From positions 217,372,001-217,436,000 of the forward strand of contig OZ024743.1 of the NCBI GenBank assembly GCA_964016885.1: a DNA stretch of 64,000 nucleotides, in the 5' to 3' direction. Origin of the DNA: Eledone cirrhosa (Eukaryota). The notes below the pieces were generated by a model that made no database searches, had not been told where the DNA came from, and saw only the letters and a program-made list of their open reading frames with translations. A program made the translations under genes and the position numbers. How positions within the stretch are numbered: the first letter of the stretch is position 1; every line of letters begins with the position of its first letter. Shown here piece after piece: positions 1-13,996 of this stretch.

Positions 1-883
1 ATCGAACTTCAGAGCAGGATCACCACCGTCTAAGATTCCTCCAACTAGGCCGCCGAGAAAGCTTCAAAAACAGACTGAAAATTAATAATCATAAACCTAC
101 TTTCAATATCAAAGTTAAAAGTTGTGGTGTCGTTCATAGCTTTCCTGGAGCTATTAGTCATATTTAGGGTCGACTTATCAAACTTTTGGCTGTTTGGTAA
201 TAACCTTATTATTCCTCTGTGTTTAATAGTTGAATTAATTTAATTTGATTATTTTAACAAACAAATAATATATATATATATGTATATATGTATGTATACA
301 ATATCAATTAGATCCCTAGGGATTTTTGTAATAGTTGGAAACATCTTATGCATACATATATATAAATCTATATACACATGTACATGCACACATATACACG
401 CACTCCAATATGTATATATATATATATATATACATATTGAGTGAGGGAAAGACCAGAGGTCTCTGGAGTTCGCAAAATGCATATTTTTATTGGAGAAGGT
501 AAAATATTTTTCCGCAAAAATTTGATTGCACTGTTTTGTTCCATTTATATATTTTTCGAAAATGTTATTTATTCATTATAAAAATTATATGATAGCATTC
601 TATATGTAGGTGGACCCCTTTCACTCCTGGCAACCAATATATTTATATCCAGTCCGCCACTGCATACATATATATATATAATATTAAGGATACTATTTAT
701 GGTTATGTATATACTAAAACTTTTTATAGTTATGTATATTTTAAACCCTAAACAGTGAAGGTCAGTAATTTATTACTACCTTGTTACCAGTAAGATAAAT
801 ATCTCAATGTAATAACATCAGTTGTTCTACAGAGCAGTTATATAGAATTCACAAGAATCAAAGCTATGTTCAAAGCATTTATT

Positions 884-932
884 CACTTACAATTGTTTCA
901 TCCAAACCTAGTCTTGGAGTCTTCGGAGCAGT
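884..932 (-). ncRNA. Degenerate hammerhead-like motif
   Basis: Minus: CCGAAGA-C TCCAA...TTGGA T-GAAA-CAATTG-TA, with a palindromic stem III, inside a TA-flanked segment (~680-990). Confidence 0.45.
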
Positions 933-1659
933 TTTCAATGTTTGTACACATAATTGACCCCCTTTCCAACGCAAGAGACATACAGATACATATATATATA
1001 TATATATATATATATTGATGTACAGTGGAGTGACATATATTATACTATGTTATTTCTGTATAGCAATTCAAATTCAAAATCAAAATCAAAATTAAAATTA
1101 AAACAAGATTAAAACAAAATTAAAATACATTCGGCAGTTAACACAGATAATGCAAGAGGATAGTTTGTTAGTCAGATGTAGTAGTTAGTGTATGCGTGAG
1201 TTACACGTGGGGCATGTAGTGTCTAACATTTATATATGATTATTGTGTGGCTGGGTGTTACATGTAATACAAGCACTTTAAGCGGGTAAGTAAGAATATT
1301 ATGGTGGTTGTAGTGGTATGGTATTTTTTGTATGTAATAAAAAAGTTTGTGTGCAGAAAAATAAAAATAAAAAGGAGAAGCAAAAGAAAGTTATGTTTTA
1401 TGTATCCACCACCATTCTAACATTCAGGAAAAGTAAATATACTTTTTACATCTATCACATAAGTAACGATGATTCCGTATTGGATGTTTGGTGCATTAAA
1501 TTAAATTATTTTAGCTTATTGCGGCTCAGTGTTATTTAATCCAAATTTATAGAATAGGTTGATTCTGCTGCGAGAATTTACAGCGGTTTATTATCCGGAA
1601 GTATGTGTGTAATTAAGGGGAGTTAATGCATAAGGGGAGGTAACTAGCTGATTTCCATA

Positions 1660-2454
1660 ACTAAATTCATTGTTCTAACATACATTATAAGGCGCCTCAA
1701 TTGAGTCCCTTATATAGACGGTTATATATTTATATCCAGTTTCCAATTTTTAAATACTGTCTGCTCTATCATGATGTACTAAAGGTATCTATGTTAGGAT
1801 GAATACATTCTGTAACCTCTGTCTACTAGAGACCCATACTATAATATTCTCAAACCTTAACCTCCTTAATAAAAAAAATCTGAAGTGTTTGCGTCGTGCC
1901 AGCACCTCTTCCGGCACTCCTTCCAAAACTTTAAACCCAATATATAACAATGCCAGACTTGAACCCATCACCACTTCTAACACCACACCTCAAGGGCACA
2001 CCTTACACCACAACTCCACAATCTCTGATCCACCCTACCTCAACACAAATCATACCATCTATCTACAACTTGATGGATGGATTAATGACATTGTAAATGA
2101 GGGATGTATTTGTCTGCCCTAGAGATGTATTTGGCTTTGCCATGCAAACAGCCATACGCTGCTCCAGAACTTAACAGGGGTTATGTAGACATAATTCTAA
2201 TATGTCCCCTGACATGTTCTGAGAGTAGACTACATTTGCAGTGAACTTTGATATAAAGATATGGCTCTTTGTATGGAGTATTCAGTTGTAGCACTGTATG
2301 ATAGGGAATAATCATCCTAACATAGATACCTTTAGTACATCATGATAGAGCAGACAGTATTTAAAAATTGGAAACTGGATATAAATATATAACCGTCTAT
2401 ATAAGGGACTCAATTGAGGCGCCTTATAATGTATGTTAGAACAATGAATTTAGT
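1660..2454. repeat. Perfect 143-bp inverted repeat (1660-1802 / 2312-2454)
   Basis: Direct reverse-complement match read base by base; 509-bp spacer. Confidence 0.9.
1800..1880 (+). pseudogene. Short relic of a PLE GIY-YIG C-terminus
   Basis: CNLCLLETHTIIFSNLNLLNKK parallels CDLCAEEIFFILKSKNSLN of the 34.7 kb ORF. It starts at the inner edge of a perfect inverted repeat. Confidence 0.5.
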
Positions 2455-2527
2455 AATTGTAAGAAATATATATCATCATATTGCTGCAGGTCTTATTTGA
2501 GTGTTTCAGGTTTATCATTTTGCCAGT

Positions 2528-2710
2528 TGGAAGTATCGGTAGAGCGTCAGACATCATAATATTTAGCATAGAGTTATGGCCCTTTAATTTCTAATTCATT
2601 TTCCCGCTGAGGTTAACTTTGCCTTTCATTCTTATGGGGTCGATAAAATAAAACACCAGTAATGCACTGGGGTTATTGCTGGCTTTATGCCAAAAGTAGA
2701 AGCAATTATT
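2528..2710 (+). mobile_element. SINE family A
   Basis: Diverged match to the family consensus. Confidence 0.8.
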
Positions 2711-3179
2711 TTGCCAGCCATTTCAGTTCTGTCGCTATTTCTTCCAGTATTGTAAGGGAGGGAACTCACTCAGAGCTTGAAAAATGTAGCTGTATCAATC
2801 TTTTATTAGAGCCTCTATTTCATTCAAGTAAATATATGTTTCTGTCAGATGTTAATATTTCTTTGGTGTTTCAAATATTGTTATACATTACTTATACTTC
2901 ATTGCATAGCTTTGTGTTGTTAATGTTGATGAAATTGGTGTTTAAACGAAAAGAAGGGTGATGCTTTGGGCTTTCATGTGTTATTGATGCATATCTTTAT
3001 ATATATACATATCTGTATATAGCAATGCTTGAAGCTAAATCCTAATTCTATTCTCTCATAAGTTGAGCCAACTTATGCAGCTTCATATGTAAATTTGATT
3101 AATCACCTCATTTACAGAGAACGAGAAAACTATATATTCGCGACTGATTTCAAGTCCGGCAGTCGCAAGCGTGGGAGGG

Positions 3180-3223
3180 ATCGTCCTGATGAAGAACAGT
3201 CGAGTGTGAAATACATCGACGAT
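3180..3223 (+). ncRNA. Type I minimal hammerhead ribozyme candidate
   Basis: Stem I ATCGTC/GACGAT, core CTGATGA, short stem II (ACA/TGT), GAAA, minimal stem III and AUC cleavage triplet; ~95 bp upstream of (TA)n. Confidence 0.7.
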
Positions 3224-3315
3224 TGTCACCCTTGCTTCTGCTGGACACCAGCCGGTGTTTTTTGCAAAGCTACGGCTTCCTAAATGTTTACCCTGTAAAC
3301 ATACCGTGGCTAAAT

Positions 3316-3395
<80 letters not shown>

Positions 3396-3436
3396 AAATA
3401 CATAAGTCAATTGCATGAACTCATAATCCTTTATTT

Positions 3437-3492
3437 ACTGCTATATATATTTCGATGATAGCCATTGAATGGCTATGACCTCATCAAGCAGT
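3437..3492 (-). ncRNA. Hammerhead ribozyme-like motif (C3U core variant)
   Basis: Minus strand: ACTGC-TTGATGA-G GT C ATAGCCAT TCA ATGGCTAT C AT C-GAAA-TATATA-TA-GCAGT. Confidence 0.7.
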
Positions 3493-3751
3493 TAGTCAGT
3501 TCTTAGATACGCTAGCTCTGTGTTTATAGTGTTGATGGTATCAGAGCCTTGGGACATATGAACTTGTTAGGAATAAGTTAATGTTGTCAGTAGGAATAGT
3601 CTTAATTCTCATTGGTCAGTTTGTAGATGCAGGTGGTGTTGTAAAGTTCAAACCGTCAGGCAAGATGATAATATGACTGATTTTCACAAAGAGCATTCCT
3701 GGTCAGATATATATTCAATTAAAGTTAATAGTATGAAATAGATACTACAGG

Positions 3752-3821
<70 letters not shown>

Positions 3822-3828
3822 CCTGTAG

Positions 3829-3859
<31 letters not shown>

Positions 3860-4016
3860 ATATATATATATGTATACTTCAAAGAATCGACAAAACCAGA
3901 GATACAAAATCTTATTACTTTCAGGCTTTATACGATAAAAGGACAAGAAAATTCGACATTTCAGGTTTTAGACCTTTTTAAAGAGTATAAATTAGGTACA
4001 CGATCATATATATATT

Positions 4017-4973
4017 ACTAGACATGAAAAATGCGCAAGCTCAAAAGTGCCACAGAATGTTATAATAAACCTTCAAAAGTGTGGGACTAGAGTTGTTGCT
4101 AAAAAATATTGTAATCATTATATATCGTACATTCTGTGGCATCCTTTATAAAAATAGCTTAAACCAACGAAGCCTTTATTTTTACGCTATTTCACTTAGT
4201 TAATTCTTAGAGTGTAACATATAAAAATATCATTTACAACTATAAAATAAATTAATTAATATAATAACAGAGCTGCGGAGCTGAAATTTAGGAAATAATG
4301 GAGTATCGGATCCTGAGTTGGAGCCAGTCAATTTTTGGCCGACTCCGCAGCCCTGTATAATACATTTCATATTAAAGTTATTAATAAACCTATTTTACAC
4401 TTCATGCAAATTACCACGAGATATTGATATTAGATATAAGATACAGCGCAATATCTACAGCTGTAAAAGTACGAAAGCGAAGTAATAATAAGTGGCTTAA
4501 GGTAATTCCAATATGAAAGTTTGTAGTGATAAAAATTTGATAATGCAATACGATTGTTAATATTATAGTTCTATGAAAATGTAACAATAGATAACTAAAT
4601 TATTTTACTATTAGTATATTTAAGAAATTATCATTATAGATTTGATCGTTCATATAAGCATCATATTAAGTTTCAACACAATTATTTTGTTACTATGAGT
4701 ATATGATAATAATATTACGTAATTATTTATAGCTGTTATTACATTAAACATAGATGTATTTATTTTTATATGTTACACTCTAAGAATTAACTAAGTGAAA
4801 TAGCGTAAAAATAAAGGCTTCGTTGGTTTAAGCTATTTTTATAAAGGATGCCACAGAATGTACGATATATAATGATTACAATATTTTTTAGCAACAACTC
4901 TAGTCCCACACTTTTGAAGGTTTATTATAACATTCTGTGGCACTTTTGAGCTTGCGCATTTTTCATGTCTAGT
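4017..4973. repeat. Perfect 213-bp inverted repeat (4017-4229 / 4761-4973); foldback/MITE-like
   Basis: Direct reverse-complement match; 531-bp AT-rich spacer. Confidence 0.9.
4268..4355. mobile_element. 88-bp hAT-like MITE
   Basis: TIRs CAGAGCTGCGGAG / CTCCGCAGCCCTG; 8-bp TSD TATAATAA / TATAATAC (7/8). Confidence 0.65.
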
Positions 4974-5530
4974 TTAATATTTTTTTAAGGCAACGCTTGT
5001 AATAACTCTAGTTAAACAGGATATATATTAATAATAAATTATCGTTGTAATGTAATTAGATTATGTAATTGTTATTATAAATTATCTTATAAATATTAGT
5101 GTAAGATGTATAAAAATATTTTCAGACTTTTAATATAAACAACTACAAAAAACAATCAATATTAAATCAATATATTATACATAATAGAAAACATAAAATA
5201 TACAATACAAAAACAAAATATTTACATACAATTGCAATTATCAGTGTATATACATTTTCTTTATATTCCCTGAGCAAATTAATAAGATTTGTTTTTATTG
5301 TACATAATTTGATGACTTGTTGGAGTGTATTAAAAGATAGCAACAATTTGTGATTAAATTGTTATCTTAAGCAACTCACTTTTTAATAGTTGTTGGCTGA
5401 GCGAAATTGTAAAAGCCTATGAGCAAATATAAAAAAAAATACACAAACAACATTTCCTTGTGTTATTACAACATTAGATAAAATAATTGAGCAATGTCGT
5501 TATATTTTGCTCTTATTGCACATTAATAGT

Positions 5531-5699
5531 GTTTCTATTTTTCGGCACAAATCCATTACGGCAGTCCATTACTGGTACTTTATTTTATCGAATTAGTAAG
5601 TATGAAAGTCGAAGTTAACCTCGGCAGGATTTGAACTTAGAATGCAAAGGACCATAACAATACTGCAAAGCATGGTGTCTGACGCTCTACCAATACTTG
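5531..5699 (-). mobile_element. SINE family A
   Basis: Reverse-complement match. Confidence 0.8.
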
Positions 5700-7483
5700 T
5701 GTTGAGCTGGTCATTAATTTATGGTGGTCGTGCGTGGAGTAGAGCAATCGCTAGTTGAAATATTATGAACAAAACATTTTTATTTGCCGAAGAACATATT
5801 TTCAATACTGTTTGTGAATGTGACGAAGGAAATACATTCTGATATGGAACAGTGTACAAAGTGTGTCTGTGAATAACATAATGTTACCTCATGTTGTTGT
5901 CAAGACATAATGGATTTCGTATATCCAGTTAGAAGATGAAACCTAGCCATCTCGGATTAGTTATATTTCATGCCATGTGTAAACGTGTTTGAGGATAGCA
6001 AAATATGCGCGTTAATTATAATAATTAGTTAATAATATTACAAAATATACCTAATTAAACTCTTTGCTTGAAATTTTATCATTCTTCGTTTATATATATA
6101 TATATATATAGAGTGAGAGAGAGAGGGAGAGAGATTTATCTAGTCCTTCGCTCAAGATTAATCTATAAGTTTAGATGTTTGCCTTCGTTTAAGTAAATAT
6201 TACAGTAAGATTTTTAATATAAACAACTACAAAAAACAATTAATATTAAAACGAAAAAATTATCAATGATAAAAGAAGCGGATGCAACTTTTTTTTTTAT
6301 AAAGTTATATTCCTGTTTCTTTAAAGAACATTTCATTTTTGTTCTATTGTAGGCGAAATAATGCAATGGTTTAATAGGGAAGATATAACTTACGAATTAT
6401 GTCTCTAACCGTGTAACGCTTTTTAAGTAGATAACTACAATTGAAAATACTAAAGAAATGGAACCAACAATTCAATTTGAAAGTCGTCTAGTGACAGTGT
6501 ATTACTGGTACTTTATTTTATCGACCCCGTAACGATGAAAGGCAAAAATGCAAATGCTTAAAATTTAAATTGCCTTAATTCTATCGTCTGCTGTTTCATT
6601 AAAGGGAGATTATCGTCTGTATTTAATTCTATCGTCTACTGTTCCACTAAACAGATATACCTCCACTATCGTCTCTATTTATACATTTTAACTTATAACT
6701 TATACACATTTGATTTGAAATATTTTATCTAGTCCCCCCCTCTCAATATTATGATGATTTCTTTCGAATGAAACAGTTCTAGTCCTGTAGAAACCATTTA
6801 TATATATAATTGAACTGAGTTAAAAATTCACAATATTTATAATTAAATAAGCTCATATATATATGTGTGTATTTATCTGTTTATTGTATTATATATAATG
6901 TGTGTATATACAGGATGTCCCCCAAAAATATATACACACTTCAACAGCATTCTAATAACTATTGCCTGTACAGGTAATCAAAGTGTCAATCGAATGTTAG
7001 TTTCGTGTTTTAACAGTACAAATTTACAATACACACATAAAACCAGTGTATATACATACATGAGTGTGTATACACATACATGAATGTGTATATACAATAT
7101 ATATGTATATATATATAGACACATATATTCACGGTGCAACGGTACATTAAAATATAGATGCGGGAGAGGGGGGGTGTATATATAGGGGCGCTGGGGATAA
7201 AGGAGTGTAAAGCGTGTGTAATTGATATATTGAAGGAGAGGAGCGTGCAGGGATAGAGTAACAAATATATAGAGAGGGGGAGAGATGGTATTGAAGGGGA
7301 GGAGTGCAAAGCGAAAGAGTAAGAGATATATATAGAGACGGAACAGATAGAGAGAAACAGGCGTAAGTAACAGTGGAAGAGATATAGAGAGAGGTACTCT
7401 GATTGGTTGAAAATTAGCCAATGACATACGATCACCACCACCACGGCTATCCCCGAAAAATTTTTTAAGAAGCTACGCATATA

Positions 7484-7538
7484 TGTTAGAACACGAAAAG
7501 TGAACATTCTGTTGTTTCACACTTTTCGTGTTCTAACA
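7484..7538. repeat. Hairpin with perfect 19-bp stem
   Basis: TGTTAGAACACGAAAAGTG / CACTTTTCGTGTTCTAACA with a 17-nt loop. Confidence 0.85.
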
Positions 7539-8691
7539 GATAAATACTTTCCCAATGCAGTTGCACGCTACCTAAAGTTTCAAATCCTAATATCATTGGT
7601 CATAACGATACTATTTATGTTAGTGATGTTTATATTTCACCTTAGAGTAGGCTTTGAATTCGTAGGTAACCATCAACTGGGTTGAAAAGTTATTTATATG
7701 TTTTTGTTCTGATCCTATTTCCTTATTTTATTCTATGAGAACAATTGGCGCACACGCATACTCCACTCACTCTCTCTCTATCCCTCTCTATATATATATA
7801 TATGTGTGTGTGTGTATGTATATATATGCATATGTGTGTATGTGTGAGTGAGGTGAAGGTTACAGCTCAGACACAGCGACGGATCGTGTTTATTATGTCA
7901 CTAATTTTTCCAATGCCACAAATGGACACGTAAACGCTTTCAGATATTGTGTAGGTCTTGGAGCTCTGGTTGATCACCTCTCTGAACAAATAGATTATAG
8001 CTATGGCAAATTCCATCATTATCAGGTACTCTGTAACTAGGACTATAACGGAATACTTTCAAATAGTAATTCACTGATTTATTTATTTCTATCGTGCTCT
8101 TTTTCTCCCCCCCCCCCCCTCCTCTGTTCTGCTACCACACCGTCTCAACCCGTTGCCCCCCCCCCCCATCCCCGCTTGTTTTTTTTTTTTATTATTACTA
8201 CTAGCAGAATGTGTAAAATGTCGGATATTTTATTACTTATGTACTTTCATTGGGTTTTCATTCTTATAACTTTGTTTCGTGACTAAACTTTGTATTTCAC
8301 TCAAATAATTTCTCTAATAGAAATTACTGTATGGATTTGCAGACTCGGTGACACAAGACATCTAACTACTCTCAAAGATTTTAGGTAGTATTGTAATATA
8401 ATATATCAGTTCCTTTCTGCAACTCTGTTATCTAGCACCCAATTGCAATGCCTCTCAGTTTCTTGGACAGCTGCTGTAGTGTTGTTGATATTGCACGTAT
8501 AGCAATGTATATGAATTTCAATGACATGACTCAGAGTTCTCTCGGTTATCTGCTAACACAATTTTCAAGTTTATCATTCTAATGCTTTTTTTATTTATTT
8601 AGTAATATTTGTTTCTTTATTATCTAGGCTACTCTTATTGCTTTTATTTTCTATTTAGAATTATTATTATTGTTATTATTATTGTTACTAC

Positions 8692-8723
<32 letters not shown>

Positions 8724-9189
8724 TTATTTTTGTTTTTGTTTTTGTTTCTAAACAGTACGCCACGCCTGTTTTCGTTCTTTAAGTTTTGTTTGTTTTCGCC
8801 CATTTGAATTGGTGTTTTGTTATTTTTTTGTTGTTGCAAATGTATAAATGGCACCAATCTCTGACCTCAACAAAGAAGTCTGTGAGCTATTGGCCCAAAT
8901 ATCTAACAAATATTCAAGCGTAAAGGTGGGAGTATATACATTCCCCTTGGAAACAGCTGTCAAGACTAGCGTCACCGAATCCGGGCATTATGCTTTGTGG
9001 CATATAGTAATGGCCATTTACCTTCTGAGTTAACATCCCACCAAGGTTAGCTTTGCTTTTCATCCTTACATGGTAGATGACTTAAAGTACCAGTAATGCC
9101 TTGTGGTTGATTCAACCGATTTTCCCCTTTCCCATCCCATTTGCTGACCTTGTGCCTATATTAGAAATCATTGTTATTGTTGTTGTTGC

Positions 9190-9245
<56 letters not shown>

Positions 9246-10269
9246 ATTAGCAAAATCTAGGATTTGCTTTATATCTGTATTCAAGTTGTTAGTGTATATG
9301 ATTAAGCGTCCCGGTAATTGATCTGCCTGTCAGTGCTCTTTCAAACACTGTCGAGGTCCACCATGCCTTTTGAAGTCAATGAAAGTATTAATCTAGAGTA
9401 GGGGAAATTGGTAAAATGTATGTCGAACGGTATATGTTTTCATATCTGTTCAGGGTCTGTGAGATCCGAGTTCAAATCCTGCTTCCAATCACCTGAAAAG
9501 TGATGACGCATCTATCAAGATTGCGATCGGCAGATATTACTAGCAATAGGAACAATGAAAACAGTTTCTTGGGTGCCATTCAACGATTTTGTGTGTATTC
9601 CTACTCTATATATTCTTGTTTTAATTCTCGCCGAGGTCAACTTTCCCTTTCATCATACATAAGGGAGTGTGAGAGGGAGAGAAAACCCTTGCTGGAAAGG
9701 AGAAACACCATAGATTCCACTCCTTCCTCAACGGTTTGTTCCTTCTCTTTTACACTGCCAACGAATTAGAATATTCATTCCTTCTCTATCACGTTAGAAA
9801 AAAAAGACATTTCGCCTAGTTTTGTGATATAGGATTCGAATAAATATTTTTATAGAATATTCTGAATTTAGATTTCAGTTCCTATGCCAAATGTTTTGAT
9901 GATTCTTTGAGAAATAGTGATGGTGTTACAAAACAAACAATGTTTGGGTCTTATTATATACATACATTTACATACACGAATAAATATATATAATATAGTG
10001 TGAGAGGGTGAGAGGGAGGAAGATAAACATAACCGATATGAAATTCACGCTAAACTGATGGAAGCGACCTTTGATCATAAAGTGATCAAATATATAGAAT
10101 ATGTTGGCACCACACAGCTGTTGAGAGTGAGTAAAGAGTAAAGAGAACTTTCTGTTGTGTTTATATTATAGTAATTGACAAATACTCTCTCACTGACACA
10201 CACACACACTCATATATATATATATATTTATATATGTATATATACATATATATATATATTCATATATAC

Positions 10270-10300
<31 letters not shown>

Positions 10301-10317
10301 AATATTTATACATACAG

Positions 10318-10370
<53 letters not shown>

Positions 10371-11095
10371 TAGAGAGAGAGACAGGGTGTTAGGGAACGT
10401 GTTCCTGAGAGAAATAGTGGCGTGTCGTAATAATTTTTTAATTCGTTAGAGTACAAGCCACATACTAAAATATTCAAGCCTGTACCTAATCTGATATGTA
10501 GTGAGTGCTAGATTTGTTCTGCTTGATGTTGACATTATTGTTATTAGTGATTAGTTGTTATTTTTGTTTTTTTTTTTCATAATTTCTTTTTTTTTGTTAT
10601 ATTTATTTTTTGCCTGCAAATGATTTTGTTTTATTTTGGCAGAGAAGAATAAATTGGTTCATTTCTGTATTTTTTGTGTGTTATTCTTTATGTTAATTAT
10701 TTTTGCAGTAGTAATTGTTGTTGCTGCTATTGTTGCTTTTTAGTCTCAAGAGAAATTGAAATGAAAGGGGAAAATGGCATAGGTGTTTGGTGAAAACTAG
10801 AAATTGTACATTTCTATCAATACTAATTTTGTTACTGCTCTATGTGCCTTGTCACATATATGGTGATAATCCGGCTTATTGTGATAGTTGTAGTAATGAT
10901 ATTGAAAGTAATGGAAGTGCTTGTAGTGTTGGTTGTTGCAGGTGGTGGTGGTTGAGGTGAAGATTGGGGTAAGGTTGGGGTTTGATGAATATGATGACAC
11001 TATCAATGGTAATAGTAGTAATGGAAGACTAATGCAGCTGGTAGCTGTAGTGATGGAAGTATTACTTGTGTAAGGAGCAGTCGGTTGTAGTCGTT

Positions 11096-11145
<50 letters not shown>

Positions 11146-11247
11146 TGCTTGGACTAGTAGTAGTTGCTTGGACTTATGGTTAAAGCTTCTCCCTACCTCT
11201 TGTTTTTCAGACGTAATGTTAACAATAAAGCATTATTATGTGTCCTA

Positions 11248-11442
11248 TGGCGGTGGATTGGCAGTATCGGTAGAGGGTCGGATGCTATGCTTGCAGCAGA
11301 GAGTTACGGCCCTTTACGGTCAGAGATCTCAAATCCCGCCGAGGTTAACTTTGCCTTTCATCCTTACGGAGGTCGATAAAATAAAGTACTAGTAATGCAC
11401 TGGGATAATTGCTGGCCTTGTGCCAAAAGTAGAAACAATTAT
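11248..11442 (+). mobile_element. SINE family A
   Basis: Full-length match with ATT tail. Confidence 0.9.
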
Positions 11443-13135
11443 TATGTGTACTATTTTGAGTTTTTTTTTCTTCTTTAAAGCAATGCTTTAATCTATCACC
11501 CGATTTAACATTACCATCTGTCCCATGTGTGACATATTTAGCGGATTCCTCTGTGTCGCAAGGATTGGCGAAATGTATTAGATTTTCGTATACCCACACC
11601 ACTTCCTCTCACCAATCTCAGAGCTACTGTGGAGGATCATGGGCTCGGGCCTTTATGCCCTGACTAGACAGTAAAAGAATATTTGATATGACGGAGATTC
11701 GGTTGTTGTTGCTAGCTGGTGGAGTAACCACGTAACGCGGTTTATTTAGTGGCTCATTTTAGTAATTGCTGTTTGTTTGTGTTTATCTTCAAAAAGCACA
11801 GATATTTTAAAGAAGATTAAAGATTATCATGCTACGACTATGTCATCATTTTTTATTGATACCTACGACTACATTACACAATCTGTACTTTTTAATATAA
11901 AGTAGGGTATGTGATTTGATGCTCCGCTATTGACCTGTTGTAGCGATGTGGTTTCTGGCAGAGATTATGTCTGTGACATTTACACTAGTTTTCTGAACTT
12001 TTACATGATTGATAATGTAATATGTGTGTGATAGTAGTAGTAACAGTAATAATAATGTTACTGGCAACAGTATCCAAAGTAACCGATGTGGAGGTGTGGG
12101 TATAAAGAAAGAATGTTTCGGCAGAAACTGGTCGTATGTTGACTGTCAAATTAGCAAGGGTTGAGAATGGTTGAAGTGCGTTGTCAGTTAAATGCTGATA
12201 ATATTAGTAGAAGTGATCGTGGTAGTGGAGTTTGTGGTTATAAAGTTAGCGGGGTAGTAAAACCCACAGGATATTTGATAGCTGTTAAAATGTCACTGCG
12301 GATAACGTGTTGGTTGAGGTGCAGGTGATTGTGCTGAGATGGCGTAGAGAGTTGTGGTGGTGATTGTCAACGATACTATGATAATATTGGATTCAATGGG
12401 GTGGAATGGGATGGGATGGATTTGTATAGAAAGTAACAATTGTTTTTACTGATACTGATTGTTGTCACAAAAGCACTCGATTGTGAGATTTCGTCATGTT
12501 AGATATAGTATTGGTGTGAGTGGTGCTGACGTTATTAACGTTCCTTAGAAGGTGTTACTTCTGCTGATGTTTCTACTAGCCGCTTGTGCTGATGTCATGT
12601 AAGATAGTAGTAAACATCGCCCCACCATTACAGCCATCACTACCACCGCTATTAACTTCACGCCTCTACATTCCGCACCTCTACTACCACTGGCACTCAC
12701 AGTTCCATCATGGCACAACTATTTGTCATTAACACTTCAATAAGTTGATTTCGTAGGCTAATTGCCAAATACTGCAACCGATGCAACCGACTAGTGGACA
12801 GCAGCCAACTTGTCAATGCCAGATGACAGTTCTGGGCGATTCTCCAACGGCTGAAAGTGTCTGGTGGATTGCCTTTGTGTTCTTCTTATATGTATTGATG
12901 TGTGTGTATGTGTGTTAGGATATTGTGTTTGCCTGGATGTGTACATGGGTGAGTGTACAAACTCATGTGAATTGTGTGAATGATTCGCAAACTCTTTCAC
13001 TCACTTTCTCATTGACGTTCGACCTCTTTCTATTTCAATGTCTTTCTCTTTTTCTTAAAAATGTTCTCTCTTCTTCCTCCTTCTTTCTCTAAAATGTTTT
13101 CTCTTTGTTACCTTCTTTCCTTGTTTTTTTTTCTA

Positions 13136-13200
<65 letters not shown>

Positions 13201-13493
13201 TGTATGTGTGTGTATGTGTGCGTGTGTGTGTTACTGTAGTCTATACCGAATTGTATATCATACGCCATAAGATATATAGTTAATAATAATGAAAGATGGC
13301 GTATCGAGACAAAAGGAGAGATACGTTTGTGCTGGTGTGAAATATGATTGTGATGCGTATATAATATATTTATCTGTGTATCTACGTCCGCGCGTGCGTG
13401 AGAAATATAGAAAGGTTAAGAAAGCGAAAGAGAATACTGGGAGCGGAAGAAAGCAACATTCAAGAAAATAATATCACAATAAACGAAATAAAC

Positions 13494-13495
<2 letters not shown>

Positions 13496-13581
<86 letters not shown>

Positions 13582-13627
13582 CCGCAGCAGCATCAGCAGC
13601 ATCAGCAGCAGCATCAGCAGCAGCAGC

Positions 13628-13674
<47 letters not shown>

Positions 13675-13695
13675 CACAGCACCAGCAGCAGCAGG
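13496..13695. repeat. Compound (GTA)n-(GCA)n microsatellite; representative of dozens of TA/CA/GTA/ATT/CATA tracts
   Basis: Directly visible; it explains the poly-V/L/A ORFs. Confidence 0.95.
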
Positions 13696-13814
13696 TGTAC
13701 TAGATGAAGAGAGTAGGTGTTACATATGAGAAACAACATTAAATTTAGTATTAAGGATTCTAGTTATATTTAATAGATCGCTGTCGCTCTCACTTGACCA
13801 TCGCAGTAATAATA

Positions 13815-13996
13815 ACTGTTCCTACTTTTGGCACAACGCCAGCAATTAACCAGTACATTACTGGTACTTTATTTTATCGACCCCGTAGGGATGCAAGGCA
13901 AAGTTAACCTTGCCGGGATTTGAACTCAGACCGTAAAGGGACGTAACTCTATGCTGGAAAGCATGGTGTCCGACCCTCTACCGATACTGCCAATCA
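13815..13996 (-). mobile_element. SINE family A
   Basis: Full-length reverse-complement match. Confidence 0.9.

Noticed and set aside
454-662. hAT-like MITE ending CCAGTCCGCCACTG
   Set aside because: The left TIR is too degenerate and there is no TSD.
6909-6990. Tc1/mariner-like end TA-CAGGATGTCCCC
   Set aside because: No partner TIR or transposase found.
12757-12860. GC-richer segment after TTTCGTAG as a candidate upstream exon
   Set aside because: Weak pyrimidine tract, no convincing donor and no recognisable peptide.
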